From positions 1-46,041 of the forward strand of contig JACQJF010000039.1 in NCBI GenBank assembly GCA_016198165.1: a stretch of DNA of 46,041 nt, written 5' to 3'. A program made the position numbers and the translations under genes. This stretch comes from Candidatus Iainarchaeum sp. (lineage in GTDB: Archaea; Iainarchaeota; Iainarchaeia; Iainarchaeales; GW2011-AR10). Positions 24,523-33,137 of this stretch are shown in pieces (within the stretch, counting starts at the first letter, position 1; every line of letters starts with the position of its first letter). The notes under the pieces were generated by a model. The model was not told the origin of the DNA. It was given only the letters and a program-made list of their open reading frames with translations, and did not search any database.

Positions 24523-25291
24523 AAAGGAATTCAGAGCCGCGTCAAAGGCATCCGCAGAGGCGGGGAAAATAATGCTCAAATATTTCCGCAAAGATTTTTT
24601 CGTGAAAAAAAAAGGCAGGATAGACATCGTGACCCAGGCTGACCTTGAAAGCGAGAAAAAAATCCACGAAATTATTTCCAAGAGCTTTCCGCGCGATTCT
24701 TTTTTGGAGGAAGAGAGCGGAAAAAGCGGTTCCGGGGAGGGGCGAGTGTGGGTTGTCGACCCGATTGACGGGACCATTAATTTCGCGCATGGCGTGCCAT
24801 GGTTCTGCTCCTCAATCGCTCTTGTCGTTGAAGGAAAGCCTGTTTTGGGTGCCGCGTTCAACCCGGTGACAAATGACTTTTTCCACGCCGTGAAAGGCAA
24901 AGGCGCTTTTTGGAACAATGAACAAATCAGTGTCTCAAAAAACACGGAGCTCATTGAGTGCGTGCTTGCAACCGGTTTTCCGTATGAGCGCGGGGAACTT
25001 GCAAGAAAAACGATTGCAGGCATTTCGAGCCTGATTGGGGGGACGCAGGGAATCAGGCAATGCGGTTCCGCCGTCCTGGACATGTGCCTTGTCGCAGCCG
25101 GCAGTTTTGACGGTTATTTTGAGCACAAGCTTTTTCCCTGGGACGCCGCGGCAGCGATTCTGATAGTGGCTGAGGCAGGCGGGGTAGTCACGGATTTTTC
25201 CGGCAAAAAAGCCACTCCGTTTAGCGAAGCGTTCGTGGCGTCAAACGGCCTGATTCACGGAAAACTGTTGGAACACCTGGTGAAGCCATGA
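24515..25291 (+). CDS. inositol monophosphatase / FBPase family protein (SuhB-like)
   Basis: Motifs FLEEESG, WVVDPIDGTINF and a C-terminal WDAAAAILIVAEAGG. ATG 24515 overlaps the gatA end by 8 nt, and its stop overlaps the gatB ATG (ATGA at 25288). Confidence 0.8.
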   Translation: MLEKEFRAASKASAEAGKIMLKYFRKDFFVKKKGRIDIVTQADLESEKKIHEIISKSFPRDSFLEEESGKSGSGEGRVWVVDPIDGTINFAHGVPWFCSSIALVVEGKPVLGAAFNPVTNDFFHAVKGKGAFWNNEQISVSKNTELIECVLATGFPYERGELARKTIAGISSLIGGTQGIRQCGSAVLDMCLVAAGSFDGYFEHKLFPWDAAAAILIVAEAGGVVTDFSGKKATPFSEAFVASNGLIHGKLLEHLVKP

Positions 25292-26697
25292 ACAGCGGGG
25301 GCGCAAGGACAATCATCGGCCTTGAAGTGCACGTGCAGTTAAACACCGCTTCAAAGCTATTCTGCCCCTGCCCCACAGATGCAAGTGGGCCAAACACTGC
25401 AGTATGCGGGACCTGCCTTGGCCTGCCCGGAAGCAAGCCCTTTCTCAACCAAAAGGCAGTGGAAATGGCCGTGCGAGTGGCCCTTGCACTCAACTGCAGG
25501 CTCAACGCGGAGTTTTTTTTCTCGAGGAAAACATATTTTTACCCCGACCTGGCAAAGAACTACCAGATTACGCAGTTTGAAAAACCCGTCGGGGAAAACG
25601 GGTTTGTGGCCCTTTCAAGCGGAAAAAAAATCAGGATACGCCGCCTGCAGCTTGAAGAAGACCCAGCATCCCTGGTGCACGAGGGGAGTGCACAGTCGAG
25701 TTCCTTTTCCCTCGTGGATTATAACCGCTCCGGGATTCCCCTTGTCGAGATAGTCACAATGCCTGACATGGACGGGCCGAAAGAGGCGCGCGAGTTCCTA
25801 AACGCGCTTACAGTCACGCTGGATTACCTTGGGGTTTTTGTGCACGGGAAAAACGCGCTCAAGGCGGATGCAAACATTTCAATCGAGGGAAACAACCGTG
25901 TCGAAGTGAAAAACGTCACTGGTTTTCGGGCGGTTGAAACCGCGCTGCTTTCAGAAGATGAAAGGCAGAGAAAAATCATTGCCATGGGGGAAAAAGTCGC
26001 GAGGGAAACGCGCGGCTTTGACGAAAAAACAGGCTCTACTTTCTCCATGCGCGAAAAAGAGGCCGAGGAAGACTACGGATACATTTTCGAACCCGACATC
26101 CCTGTTGTTTCCTTGTCCGAAGAATATATCGCAGGGCTTAAAGAGTCGCTGCCCGAGCTTTTTCCACAAAAAGTCGAAAAATTCAAAAAATTGGGCTTGC
26201 CAGATTATGATGCACGCGTCATTGCGTCCGAGCCCGTGATTGCAGGCATTTTTGAACAGGCCATAAAGCACGTCAAGCCCCAAACAGCCGCGAAGTTTCT
26301 GACGCGCGAAGTCATGGGGATACTCAACTACAACAAAATCACCCCCAGGGAAGCAGGCCTGGAGGAAAAACCCATTGTGGAGCTTTTGAAAATGATTGAG
26401 GGCGGCAGGGTGGGGGAAAAAAACGCCAAGGAAGCGATGATTAAGCTCGTTCTTGAAAAAAAAGACCCCCGGGAGTTCCTCGAGAAGAGCGATTTGCTGC
26501 TTGACCTGGATGAAAAAGAAATATTGAAAGCACTTGAAGAAGTCCTGGCAGAAAACCCCCACGCAGTTGCAGACTTGCGTGCCAGCAAGGCAAAGGCAGT
26601 CAATTTCATTGTAGGCCAGGTTGTGCGCAGGACAAAAGGAAAAGCAAACGCGAAAATCGTGCAGGAAATGCTTGCAAAAAAAATCAAGGGCATTTAA
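25288..26697 (+). CDS. gatB: Asp/Glu-tRNA amidotransferase subunit B
   Basis: IGLEVHVQLNTASKLFCPC..., YFYPDLAKNYQITQ, LQLEEDPASL, and a C-terminal YqeY-like tail (NFIVGQVVRRTKGKANAKIVQEML). Confidence 0.9.
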   Translation: MNSGGARTIIGLEVHVQLNTASKLFCPCPTDASGPNTAVCGTCLGLPGSKPFLNQKAVEMAVRVALALNCRLNAEFFFSRKTYFYPDLAKNYQITQFEKPVGENGFVALSSGKKIRIRRLQLEEDPASLVHEGSAQSSSFSLVDYNRSGIPLVEIVTMPDMDGPKEAREFLNALTVTLDYLGVFVHGKNALKADANISIEGNNRVEVKNVTGFRAVETALLSEDERQRKIIAMGEKVARETRGFDEKTGSTFSMREKEAEEDYGYIFEPDIPVVSLSEEYIAGLKESLPELFPQKVEKFKKLGLPDYDARVIASEPVIAGIFEQAIKHVKPQTAAKFLTREVMGILNYNKITPREAGLEEKPIVELLKMIEGGRVGEKNAKEAMIKLVLEKKDPREFLEKSDLLLDLDEKEILKALEEVLAENPHAVADLRASKAKAVNFIVGQVVRRTKGKANAKIVQEMLAKKIKGI

Positions 26698-26814
26698 TGT
26701 AGAAAAAAACGGGAATACTTTTTTAAAAGAAACCATTATTCTAGTTATTCAAATCCCCCCAAAAAAATAATATTTTTTGAATTTTTTTTTTCCACAAAAA
26801 CAAAAAATTCAGAG

Positions 26815-27141
26815 GTGAATGTGGTGTCAGTCGAAGATAACTCTATTGAAGAGATTAAAGAAACGGTTTCAGTGCGTGTAAAGAAAAAATTCTTTTACTC
26901 GTTTTTTGTTTTCCTTTTCCTCTTTGCCGTCTCAAGAAGCTGGGTGGAAAAAAAGTCAGGCCTTGCGTCAAAAGTGCCTTTTGTTTCAAGCATTTTTGCC
27001 GTGCTTGCCTCCCTGTTCTTCGTAGCCCTCGTCTTGGCCCTGGGTTTTGTTTCCTGGCTTTCAAGGCTTTTCAAGGCAGCAAAAAAAAGGGTTTTTGGGA
27101 AAACCAAGGGTTATTCAAAAATTGCCCAAAACACGGGTTAG
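26815..27141 (+). CDS. small 2-TM membrane protein, unknown function
   Basis: 108 aa with a GTG start after AGAGG. Two hydrophobic helices (FFYSFFVFLFLFAV; IFAVLASLFFVALVLALGFVSWL) are followed by a basic tail. Confidence 0.4.
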   Translation: MNVVSVEDNSIEEIKETVSVRVKKKFFYSFFVFLFLFAVSRSWVEKKSGLASKVPFVSSIFAVLASLFFVALVLALGFVSWLSRLFKAAKKRVFGKTKGYSKIAQNTG

Positions 27142-27217
27142 CTTGGCTATGGCCATCTTTTATATTTTTTACCGTCCTATTTTCTCATAAGGTTTTTTTT
27201 TCAAAAGCTTTTCGGGG

Positions 27218-27619
27218 ATGGTTTGCTTGGCAGGGGTTTTTTCGGATTTTTACAAAAACAAGATGATGAAAAAACAGTTGGTTTTGGAGCTGGAGGAAAA
27301 CGACAGCGTGCTGGATTCCATAAAGCTTGCAATGAAGAACCACGGAGTCAAAGAATGCACGGTTGACTACATGGATGGCACAATAAGGTCGGGCAAAATG
27401 ACCGCAATGGTCGGCCAGAACTTCAAGACCCTTAACTTGAAGGATTCAAAAGTCATCCACGCAAGCGGGGGCTTCAAGCTCAGTTTTGACGAGTTGTTCG
27501 GCTCCATGCACATCATGGCCCGCGTTGGCCGCCCCGAAACCGGGACACTTGCAAACGGTACTGTCGCAGCAGGGACTGTCATAAAGCTCGGGTTCTACAC
27601 GGAACCGGAAAAGAAATGA
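27218..27619 (+). CDS. PPC/DUF296-like small protein (tentative)
   Basis: A beta-rich approximately 120-aa protein (…ECTVDYMDGTIRSGKM…VIHASGGFKLSFDELFGSMHIMARVG…GTVIKLGFY) resembles PPC-domain proteins. An alternative start is ATG 27263. Confidence 0.4.
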   Translation: MVCLAGVFSDFYKNKMMKKQLVLELEENDSVLDSIKLAMKNHGVKECTVDYMDGTIRSGKMTAMVGQNFKTLNLKDSKVIHASGGFKLSFDELFGSMHIMARVGRPETGTLANGTVAAGTVIKLGFYTEPEKK

Positions 27620-27621
27620 GT

Positions 27622-28131
27622 TCACTCTGTTTCCGCCCAGATTTCCTCGAATTCCTCCAAGTACTTTTTCACTGTTTTTGTGTCCGAAAGAAAAACCAGG
27701 TTCTCGTCGTTTGACTCGTCCGCATTGCGCGAATAATTGAACGAGCCCGTGCCGATGACCGCTCCATCAACCACTATGAACTTGTTGTGCATGATTCCCC
27801 CGCTTTTTCGCACTGTTTTCACTTCCACGCCGTTTTTTGCAAGCCTTTCGTCTTCGGAATACTTGTTTTGTGCCTGGGTGAAATCCACAAGCACCCTTAC
27901 TTCCACCCCTTTTTTCCCAGCCCTTATGAGCGCGTCCGCGATTTCGTCATGCGTGAAAGAATAAACCGCTATGTCAATGGTTTGGGTTGCCGAATCGATT
28001 TTTTCAATCAGGTGGTCTGCGCAATTGTCCTCTGGGCAGAAAAAGACTTCCGGGGCAACCGTTGCTTCCTGTGTCGCGCAGGCGGAAAAATAGAGCCCCA
28101 AAAGCAGGATTACGGCGAGTTTTTTTTCCAT
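27622..28131 (-). CDS. secreted phospholipase-D-family endonuclease (Nuc-like)
   Basis: Signal peptide MEKKLAVILLLGLYFSACA. The single HKD motif HNKFIVVDGAVIGTGSFNYSRNADESNDEN and the approximately 170-aa size are typical of Nuc. Confidence 0.75.
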   Translation of the reverse strand: MEKKLAVILLLGLYFSACATQEATVAPEVFFCPEDNCADHLIEKIDSATQTIDIAVYSFTHDEIADALIRAGKKGVEVRVLVDFTQAQNKYSEDERLAKNGVEVKTVRKSGGIMHNKFIVVDGAVIGTGSFNYSRNADESNDENLVFLSDTKTVKKYLEEFEEIWAETE

Positions 28132-28290
28132 TTCTCTTTCACTAAACTGTTTTTTTCGCTTTTTGTTCTATATTCGTGTTTGCACTAAACAACTGATAAT
28201 TTGGCTATTGTGTTGGTTATCGCCACATTTTGTCCATTTTTTTGTGGCGTCAACCCAGTTTTTTCACACGGGGCAAATTTGAGTTTTTTT

Positions 28291-29238
28291 TCAATGTTTT
28301 TGTATTTGCCTGTAATTTTCTTTGATTTGTTCCACTAAAAACTTTGTGAAACCTTTATAGTTTTGGTTGTGCCCTTCTTCCTGGGCTTGGAAGTATTCAT
28401 CCCTTTTTTTTACGGGTATATTAGTGAACGGAAACCCGTTTTTTTGAAGTATATAATTCATCAGGAGTCGTGCCATTCTGCCGTTCCCGTCAGCGAAGGG
28501 GTGTATTGTTGTGAATGAACAGTGAAGTTTTGCCGCTAGTTCCACTGGATGAACCGATTGTTTCTGTTTGTTGTATTGTTCAATGAGCTTTTTCATTAAA
28601 GCGGGCACATGCTTGAAGTGGGGGAATTCAAATTTGCTTGTTCTTATTTCCACGTCAACAGGCCTCCATATTCCTTTGTACTTGTCATAATCGGGAACCT
28701 CGTTGAGCAGAATATAGTGGAGCTGAAGAATCATCACGTCGTCAATTTTCCTGTCGATTTTTAGGTATTGGTCATACCGTTCAAGGCATTTTTCCATATT
28801 CAGGACTTCCAGTCTTTCCCTTTCACTGCCTATTTTGATTTTTTTGTGGAGTATTTTTTTGGTTTCGTCAAGGGTCAGGGTTGAGCCTTCTATTGCGTTG
28901 GTATTTGTGATGAACTTGTCCCTTTCAGCTTCAAGCCACTTTTTTTTCTCGCTTGTACTGAGGCCTTGTATGAACTCTGTGGTTTCTTGTTTTATCCTTT
29001 CAAGTGATTTTGCTGTTTTAACGTCGATGAATTCAGTGCCCTGCTTGACCAATTCGGTCTGGTAGTACTCCTCAATTTGCTTTCGGATGTTTTTTTCATG
29101 GCCCCCAAGCGTTGTTTTTGTGGGTTTTTTGTGTCCAAGATATTCTGAGAATTTTTTGAATTCTTTTCCTATCCTGATGTTTTGCTCCAGGTAGTAATAA
29201 GTTTTGCCTTTTACTTTCCTGCTGACTAGATAGGCCAT
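28291..29238 (-). CDS. Fic/DOC-family protein (AMPylase-type motif)
   Basis: Fic motif HPFADGNGRMARL. The N-terminus MAYLVSRKVKGKTYYYLEQ is paralogous to the second Fic protein. A TATA-like ttttataaatt lies about 27 nt upstream of ATG 29238. Confidence 0.85.
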   Translation of the reverse strand: MAYLVSRKVKGKTYYYLEQNIRIGKEFKKFSEYLGHKKPTKTTLGGHEKNIRKQIEEYYQTELVKQGTEFIDVKTAKSLERIKQETTEFIQGLSTSEKKKWLEAERDKFITNTNAIEGSTLTLDETKKILHKKIKIGSERERLEVLNMEKCLERYDQYLKIDRKIDDVMILQLHYILLNEVPDYDKYKGIWRPVDVEIRTSKFEFPHFKHVPALMKKLIEQYNKQKQSVHPVELAAKLHCSFTTIHPFADGNGRMARLLMNYILQKNGFPFTNIPVKKRDEYFQAQEEGHNQNYKGFTKFLVEQIKENYRQIQKH

Positions 29239-29294
29239 AAAAGTTATAACCACAAAACAATTTATAAAAGGTGGTGATAACTTGTTCAGATTGG

Positions 29295-29423
29295 TCAGTC
29301 TACTGCGGTCAGGAAGTTGTAAAAGAAAAGCATCATTCCTGTGAACGCATACAAGTAAAGTGCGATAAAAATAATCCCCACAATTATGCTCGCTCCCAGC
29401 ACTATTTTGAAAATTAACCCCAT
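29295..29423 (-). CDS. 42-aa hydrophobic mini-protein (below the ORF-track cutoff)
   Basis: MGLIFKIVLGASIIVGIIFIALYLYAFTGMMLFFYNFLTAVD. Its ATG overlaps the last 10 nt of the upstream PLC-like gene. I translated it by hand, so it is only a candidate. Confidence 0.3.
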   Translation of the reverse strand: MGLIFKIVLGASIIVGIIFIALYLYAFTGMMLFFYNFLTAVD

Positions 29424-30100
29424 AAGTATCGCTCTAGTGTTTGCAGGCAAGTTTCTATTGCGGTTTTTTTGAACTCTTTTAAGTAACTGCTTAAATTATT
29501 GTTTTTGTCAATCAGTTGTTTTATCAGTGATTCCTCAACATGGCTTGGGGAGAAGCTTAAGGTGTCTATTCCAGGTTCTCTCATGTAAAGTGCGGTTCCT
29601 GCCCTGTAAAGTTGAATGTCACTTTGGCTGTATCCAAGTTGCCGTAAAACACTTGTGTCATTGGCTCTTGAAATATTTCCGGCGCATTGGAATTGGAAGA
29701 ACCAGTCTGCCTCTCCCTGGAAGTAGTCATCTACTGCCAAATACAAAGCAAGCTTATGAACGGTGTTATTTGGATTGACACCGTAATTTTCGTAAATGCT
29801 TTTGCTCATCGAGTTATTGTCATTTGCCCAAATGGTATCCACTACTAAGTGGGTTTCATATCCTGCCATGAAAGGCATTGAGGTGCTGCTTGCTTTCAGT
29901 GCTTCAAAAATCGATTTTTCCCCTAATGGTTTGTGGGTAATTTCTCTTGGGGTGTTGTTGATGTATCTTATGTCGGGTGCTATTGCGCCGAAAAAATAAT
30001 CGTCAATGTTCTCGTATTTTGAAATAAAGTTTCTCTTTGAAATCTTTTTCAGGACAAGGTTCGCAATCCATTCGTGAGTCAGCAATCCGGCCAAATGCAC
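29414..30100 (-). CDS. zinc-dependent phospholipase C-like (PLC/S1-P1 fold) protein, tentative
   Basis: 228 aa. Features are the N-terminal HLAGLLTHEWIA, FGAIAPDIRY, THKP and ETHLVVD histidine/aspartate pattern reminiscent of PF00882-type proteins. It sits 29 nt downstream of the Fic gene stop. Confidence 0.45.
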   Translation of the reverse strand: MHLAGLLTHEWIANLVLKKISKRNFISKYENIDDYFFGAIAPDIRYINNTPREITHKPLGEKSIFEALKASSTSMPFMAGYETHLVVDTIWANDNNSMSKSIYENYGVNPNNTVHKLALYLAVDDYFQGEADWFFQFQCAGNISRANDTSVLRQLGYSQSDIQLYRAGTALYMREPGIDTLSFSPSHVEESLIKQLIDKNNNLSSYLKEFKKTAIETCLQTLERYLWG

Positions 30101-30129
30101 TACCTCTCATACAAAAATGCTTTTCAGGA

Positions 30130-31134
30130 TTATAAATTCTTTTGGTGCGTTCCTGTGCCGGTGTTTGTCTTCTTTGTCATCTTTTCCAGAATTGCCTTTT
30201 TGTTTTCTGTGATTATTTTTCCTATTTCCTGTGCTCTTTTTTCGAGGCAGAGGCAAATGAATTTTGAAAATTTATTGTACTCCCTGTTTATTTGCACTCT
30301 TTCAAGCAGTGCTATGTAGCTTTCCCTGTTTTCAAGGTTTATTATTGCCTTGGGATAACCATTAAGCCTTAGCATAGTATTCAGTATTTCCCTGCCTGTT
30401 CTCCCGTTGCCGTCATTGAATGGGTGAATTTCCTCAAATCTTGCGTGGAATTCTGACGCCAGTTCCACGGGGTGTATTTTTGCCGTATTTTTTCCAAGCC
30501 ACTCAAAAAGTGTGCCCATCCCTTTTTTGATTTTGTCGGCTGATGGCGGTTTAACTTCGGACGCAGTTATGAACATGGGGCCTGCCCTGTATTCTCCAGG
30601 GGTTTTTTCATCAAATCCATTCATGATTGCTGAATGGATTTTTTTTATGCCCCGTTCGTTTACTTCCATGAGTTTCCCTGAAACATCTGCTGCAAGTTTC
30701 ATATTTTCCATTTCCCTGATTTCCTCGATTTTTTTTCCTGCAACAGCCACCCCTTTCTCCAAGACTAGCGCCGCTTCCTTCTGTGTCAGGGAATTTCCCT
30801 CGACTGATGCGCTTCCTTGGGCGTATCGTATGAACTCGTCTTCTTTGAATGCTTCAAAGCTCTGCGGAAAAAAAGCCTGCAAAAGCCCATAATCGACTTT
30901 TAACCTTTCAAGTGTCAATTGTTCACTAATTGACAGGATATTCGTTTTGAATTTTTTTTGCGAGATTTTCAGTCTTTCCAGCGTGGTTTTTTGGGTTAAT
31001 TCATCAAATGCACTTTCAATACCGCCTGAAACTCTTTCTTTTCTTCCCAGTGAAATGCTGATGCGTTTCCCGTTTACACGGTCTTCCAGGTAATAATAGC
31101 TTTTTCCGCTGATTTTTCGCTTTGAAATAAACAT
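30130..31134 (-). CDS. Fic/DOC-family protein
   Basis: Fic motif HPFNDGNGRTGRE. The N-terminus is MFISKRKISGKSYYYLED. A TATA-like tatttttatag lies about 27-33 nt upstream of ATG 31134. Confidence 0.85.
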   Translation of the reverse strand: MFISKRKISGKSYYYLEDRVNGKRISISLGRKERVSGGIESAFDELTQKTTLERLKISQKKFKTNILSISEQLTLERLKVDYGLLQAFFPQSFEAFKEDEFIRYAQGSASVEGNSLTQKEAALVLEKGVAVAGKKIEEIREMENMKLAADVSGKLMEVNERGIKKIHSAIMNGFDEKTPGEYRAGPMFITASEVKPPSADKIKKGMGTLFEWLGKNTAKIHPVELASEFHARFEEIHPFNDGNGRTGREILNTMLRLNGYPKAIINLENRESYIALLERVQINREYNKFSKFICLCLEKRAQEIGKIITENKKAILEKMTKKTNTGTGTHQKNL

Positions 31135-31199
31135 AAGAATAATTAACACCAAAAACTATAAAAATAGTTATTTTGTACCAAGTTGGTGTTAACTGAGGA

Positions 31200-31772
31200 T
31201 TGGTCAAAATTCCCAAAAATACCCTGAAATTGTTAAAAACGACCTTTTCTGTACAAAAACCTGTGCAGTTTATCGTTATTGTACCAAAATACCTTTATAA
31301 AAAGCCGGTGATAATTACTCTAGTCATTAGAAGTTTTTTTGAAAAAAAGGCGATAAGCGAAAAACCTCCTTTCATTCACCTCACAAAAAAAAGGGCTTTT
31401 TTTTCCTTTCCTGCCCTTTTTTTCTTTTTATTGGTATACCACTTATTTCAACAAAATGGTGTTTTTTTGACGTATTTCTGGGACTTTTTAAGGCCTTTAA
31501 GCGATATAGCCGTCCAGGCGGACCCCTTGGTCAAAATACTGGTATTTTTGCTTTCAGCGGCCTTTTTTGCCGTGGCCTTCATGGCTTACCGCAAAAACCC
31601 GTCCCAAAAGCTTATTTTTGTTTCTTTGGCCTTTTTGTTTTTTGCCCCCAAATGGCTTGTAAAGCTGATTGACCTTTTTTTCTCCCCCGGCACGTTTCTT
31701 GCGGACTCAAGCGAGAATGTTTTCGAGCTGATAATCCTGGGCTTCTTGTTTTTCGCTATCCTGAAAAAATAG
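31200..31772 (+). CDS. polytopic membrane protein coupled to a wHTH regulator (start uncertain)
   Basis: The C-terminal two thirds are hydrophobic (ILVFLLSAAFFAVAFMAY, LIFVSLAFLFFAPKWLV, VFELIILGFLFFAIL). The ORF opens at TTG 31200; an in-frame TTG at 31431 is an alternative. The stop lies 1 nt before the next gene. Confidence 0.4.
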   Translation: MVKIPKNTLKLLKTTFSVQKPVQFIVIVPKYLYKKPVIITLVIRSFFEKKAISEKPPFIHLTKKRAFFSFPALFFFLLVYHLFQQNGVFLTYFWDFLRPLSDIAVQADPLVKILVFLLSAAFFAVAFMAYRKNPSQKLIFVSLAFLFFAPKWLVKLIDLFFSPGTFLADSSENVFELIILGFLFFAILKK

Positions 31773-31773
31773 G

Positions 31774-32316
31774 GTGTTCAAAAAAATGGAAGAGGAACTC
31801 AGGGGAGTCTTGTCCCTGGAGTCTCGACAAAAAATCTATGACCTGGTCCAGTCCTCGCCCGGCCTGCATTTCCGCGAAATACAGCGCAGGACAGGCCTTG
31901 CAACAGGAAGCCTCCAGTACCACCTGGAGTACCTGGAAAAAAAGCACCTCATACGCCAGGTGAAGGAAAAAAAGTTTTCCCGTTTTTACCTTGTCCGAGA
32001 GCCGTTTCACGAGGAAAAGGAAATGGGGGCGTTGCGCCAGGAAAGTTCCAGAAAGATAATACTTTTTTTGCTCCGGAAAAAAAGGGGGGCTTCAAACAAG
32101 CAGATTTCAAAAGAAATCGGCCTGAGCCCGTCAACCACGTCCTGGCACCTGGATAATCTTTTTGAAAAAGGCCTGCTTGGGAAAAAAAGGCGCGGCAAAA
32201 AAATCATTTACTCGCTTGTCGACCCGCAAAAGGCCGGTGAAGTACTTGTTTCATATCAGAAGAGTTTCCTTGATGAAATGGTTGACAACTTTGTGAATGT
32301 CTGGGAACAAATCTGA
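31774..32316 (+). CDS. tandem winged-helix (2x wHTH) ArsR-like regulator
   Basis: Two HTH units are present: SRQKIYDLVQSSPGLHFREIQRRTGLATGSLQYHLEYLEKKHLI and SRKIILFLLRKKRGASNKQISKEIGLSPSTTSWHLDNLFEKGLL. Start is GTG 31774 or ATG 31786. Confidence 0.65.
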   Translation: MFKKMEEELRGVLSLESRQKIYDLVQSSPGLHFREIQRRTGLATGSLQYHLEYLEKKHLIRQVKEKKFSRFYLVREPFHEEKEMGALRQESSRKIILFLLRKKRGASNKQISKEIGLSPSTTSWHLDNLFEKGLLGKKRRGKKIIYSLVDPQKAGEVLVSYQKSFLDEMVDNFVNVWEQI

Positions 32317-32331
32317 ACTAGGGTTTGCCCG

Positions 32332-32967
32332 ATGGAACCAAAGGAAAAAGCCGCCCTTGTTTTGCAGAAATTAAAAAAGCTTTATCCCCGCGTGAAAACC
32401 GCGCTCAATTATTCTTCGCCCTGGCAGTTGCTTGCCGCAACCATATTGTCGGCGCAGTGCACGGACAAGCGCGTGAACATCGTGACAAAAACATTGTTTG
32501 CAAAATCCCCCGGCATTGATGACTTTGCATCCTTATCGCAAATGGAGCTTGAAAAGGAAATACGCTCCACAGGTTTTTACCGCGCCAAGGCGAAAAACAT
32601 CCTGGCAACAGCCAAAAAAATAAAACAAGAATTTGGCGGAATGGTGCCGCGGACAATGGAGGAGCTTGTCACGCTGCATGGCGTTGGCCGAAAAACCGCA
32701 AACATCGTCCTCTCGGCTGGTTTTGGGAAAAACGAGGGCATGGCCGTTGACACGCACGTCAAGCGCCTGTCTTACCGGATTGGGTTGACCAGGCACACTG
32801 ACCCGGTCAAAATAGAAAAAGACCTGACCGCACTCATCCCGCGCAGGGACTGGGACAAATTCTCGCTCTTGCTAATCCAGCATGGGCGGGAAGTGTGCAC
32901 TGCGCGCAGGCCCAACTGTGCAGCCTGCGTGCTTAACAAAGTGTGTGACTCGGCTTTCAGAGTTTAG
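32332..32967 (+). CDS. nth: endonuclease III (DNA glycosylase/AP lyase)
   Basis: HhH-GPD signature LVTLHGVGRKTANIVL, catalytic K/D context, and a C-terminal 4Fe-4S cluster loop CTARRPNCAACVLNKVC. Confidence 0.9.
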   Translation: MEPKEKAALVLQKLKKLYPRVKTALNYSSPWQLLAATILSAQCTDKRVNIVTKTLFAKSPGIDDFASLSQMELEKEIRSTGFYRAKAKNILATAKKIKQEFGGMVPRTMEELVTLHGVGRKTANIVLSAGFGKNEGMAVDTHVKRLSYRIGLTRHTDPVKIEKDLTALIPRRDWDKFSLLLIQHGREVCTARRPNCAACVLNKVCDSAFRV

Positions 32968-33137
32968 ATAGTTAGGCATTTTCACCCTTTTTTGCACCTG
33001 TTGCCTGTCCACACAAACATCAAAAGATTATTTCACCTACTGAATAATTCAGTAACTGAATATGGCTTTAACTCCCTTATGGGGGGGCCATGTTGCGGTG
33101 CGCTCAACAAAGGCATGCGGCTTGGCGTTTTCAGGGT

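Noticed and set aside
33039-33062. Perfect palindrome ACTGAAT-A-ATTCAGT followed by a third half-site AACTGAATA between convergent nth and Y2
   Set aside because: Lying between two gene 3' ends, it is most simply a terminator-type hairpin. No regulator or promoter context supports an operator role.
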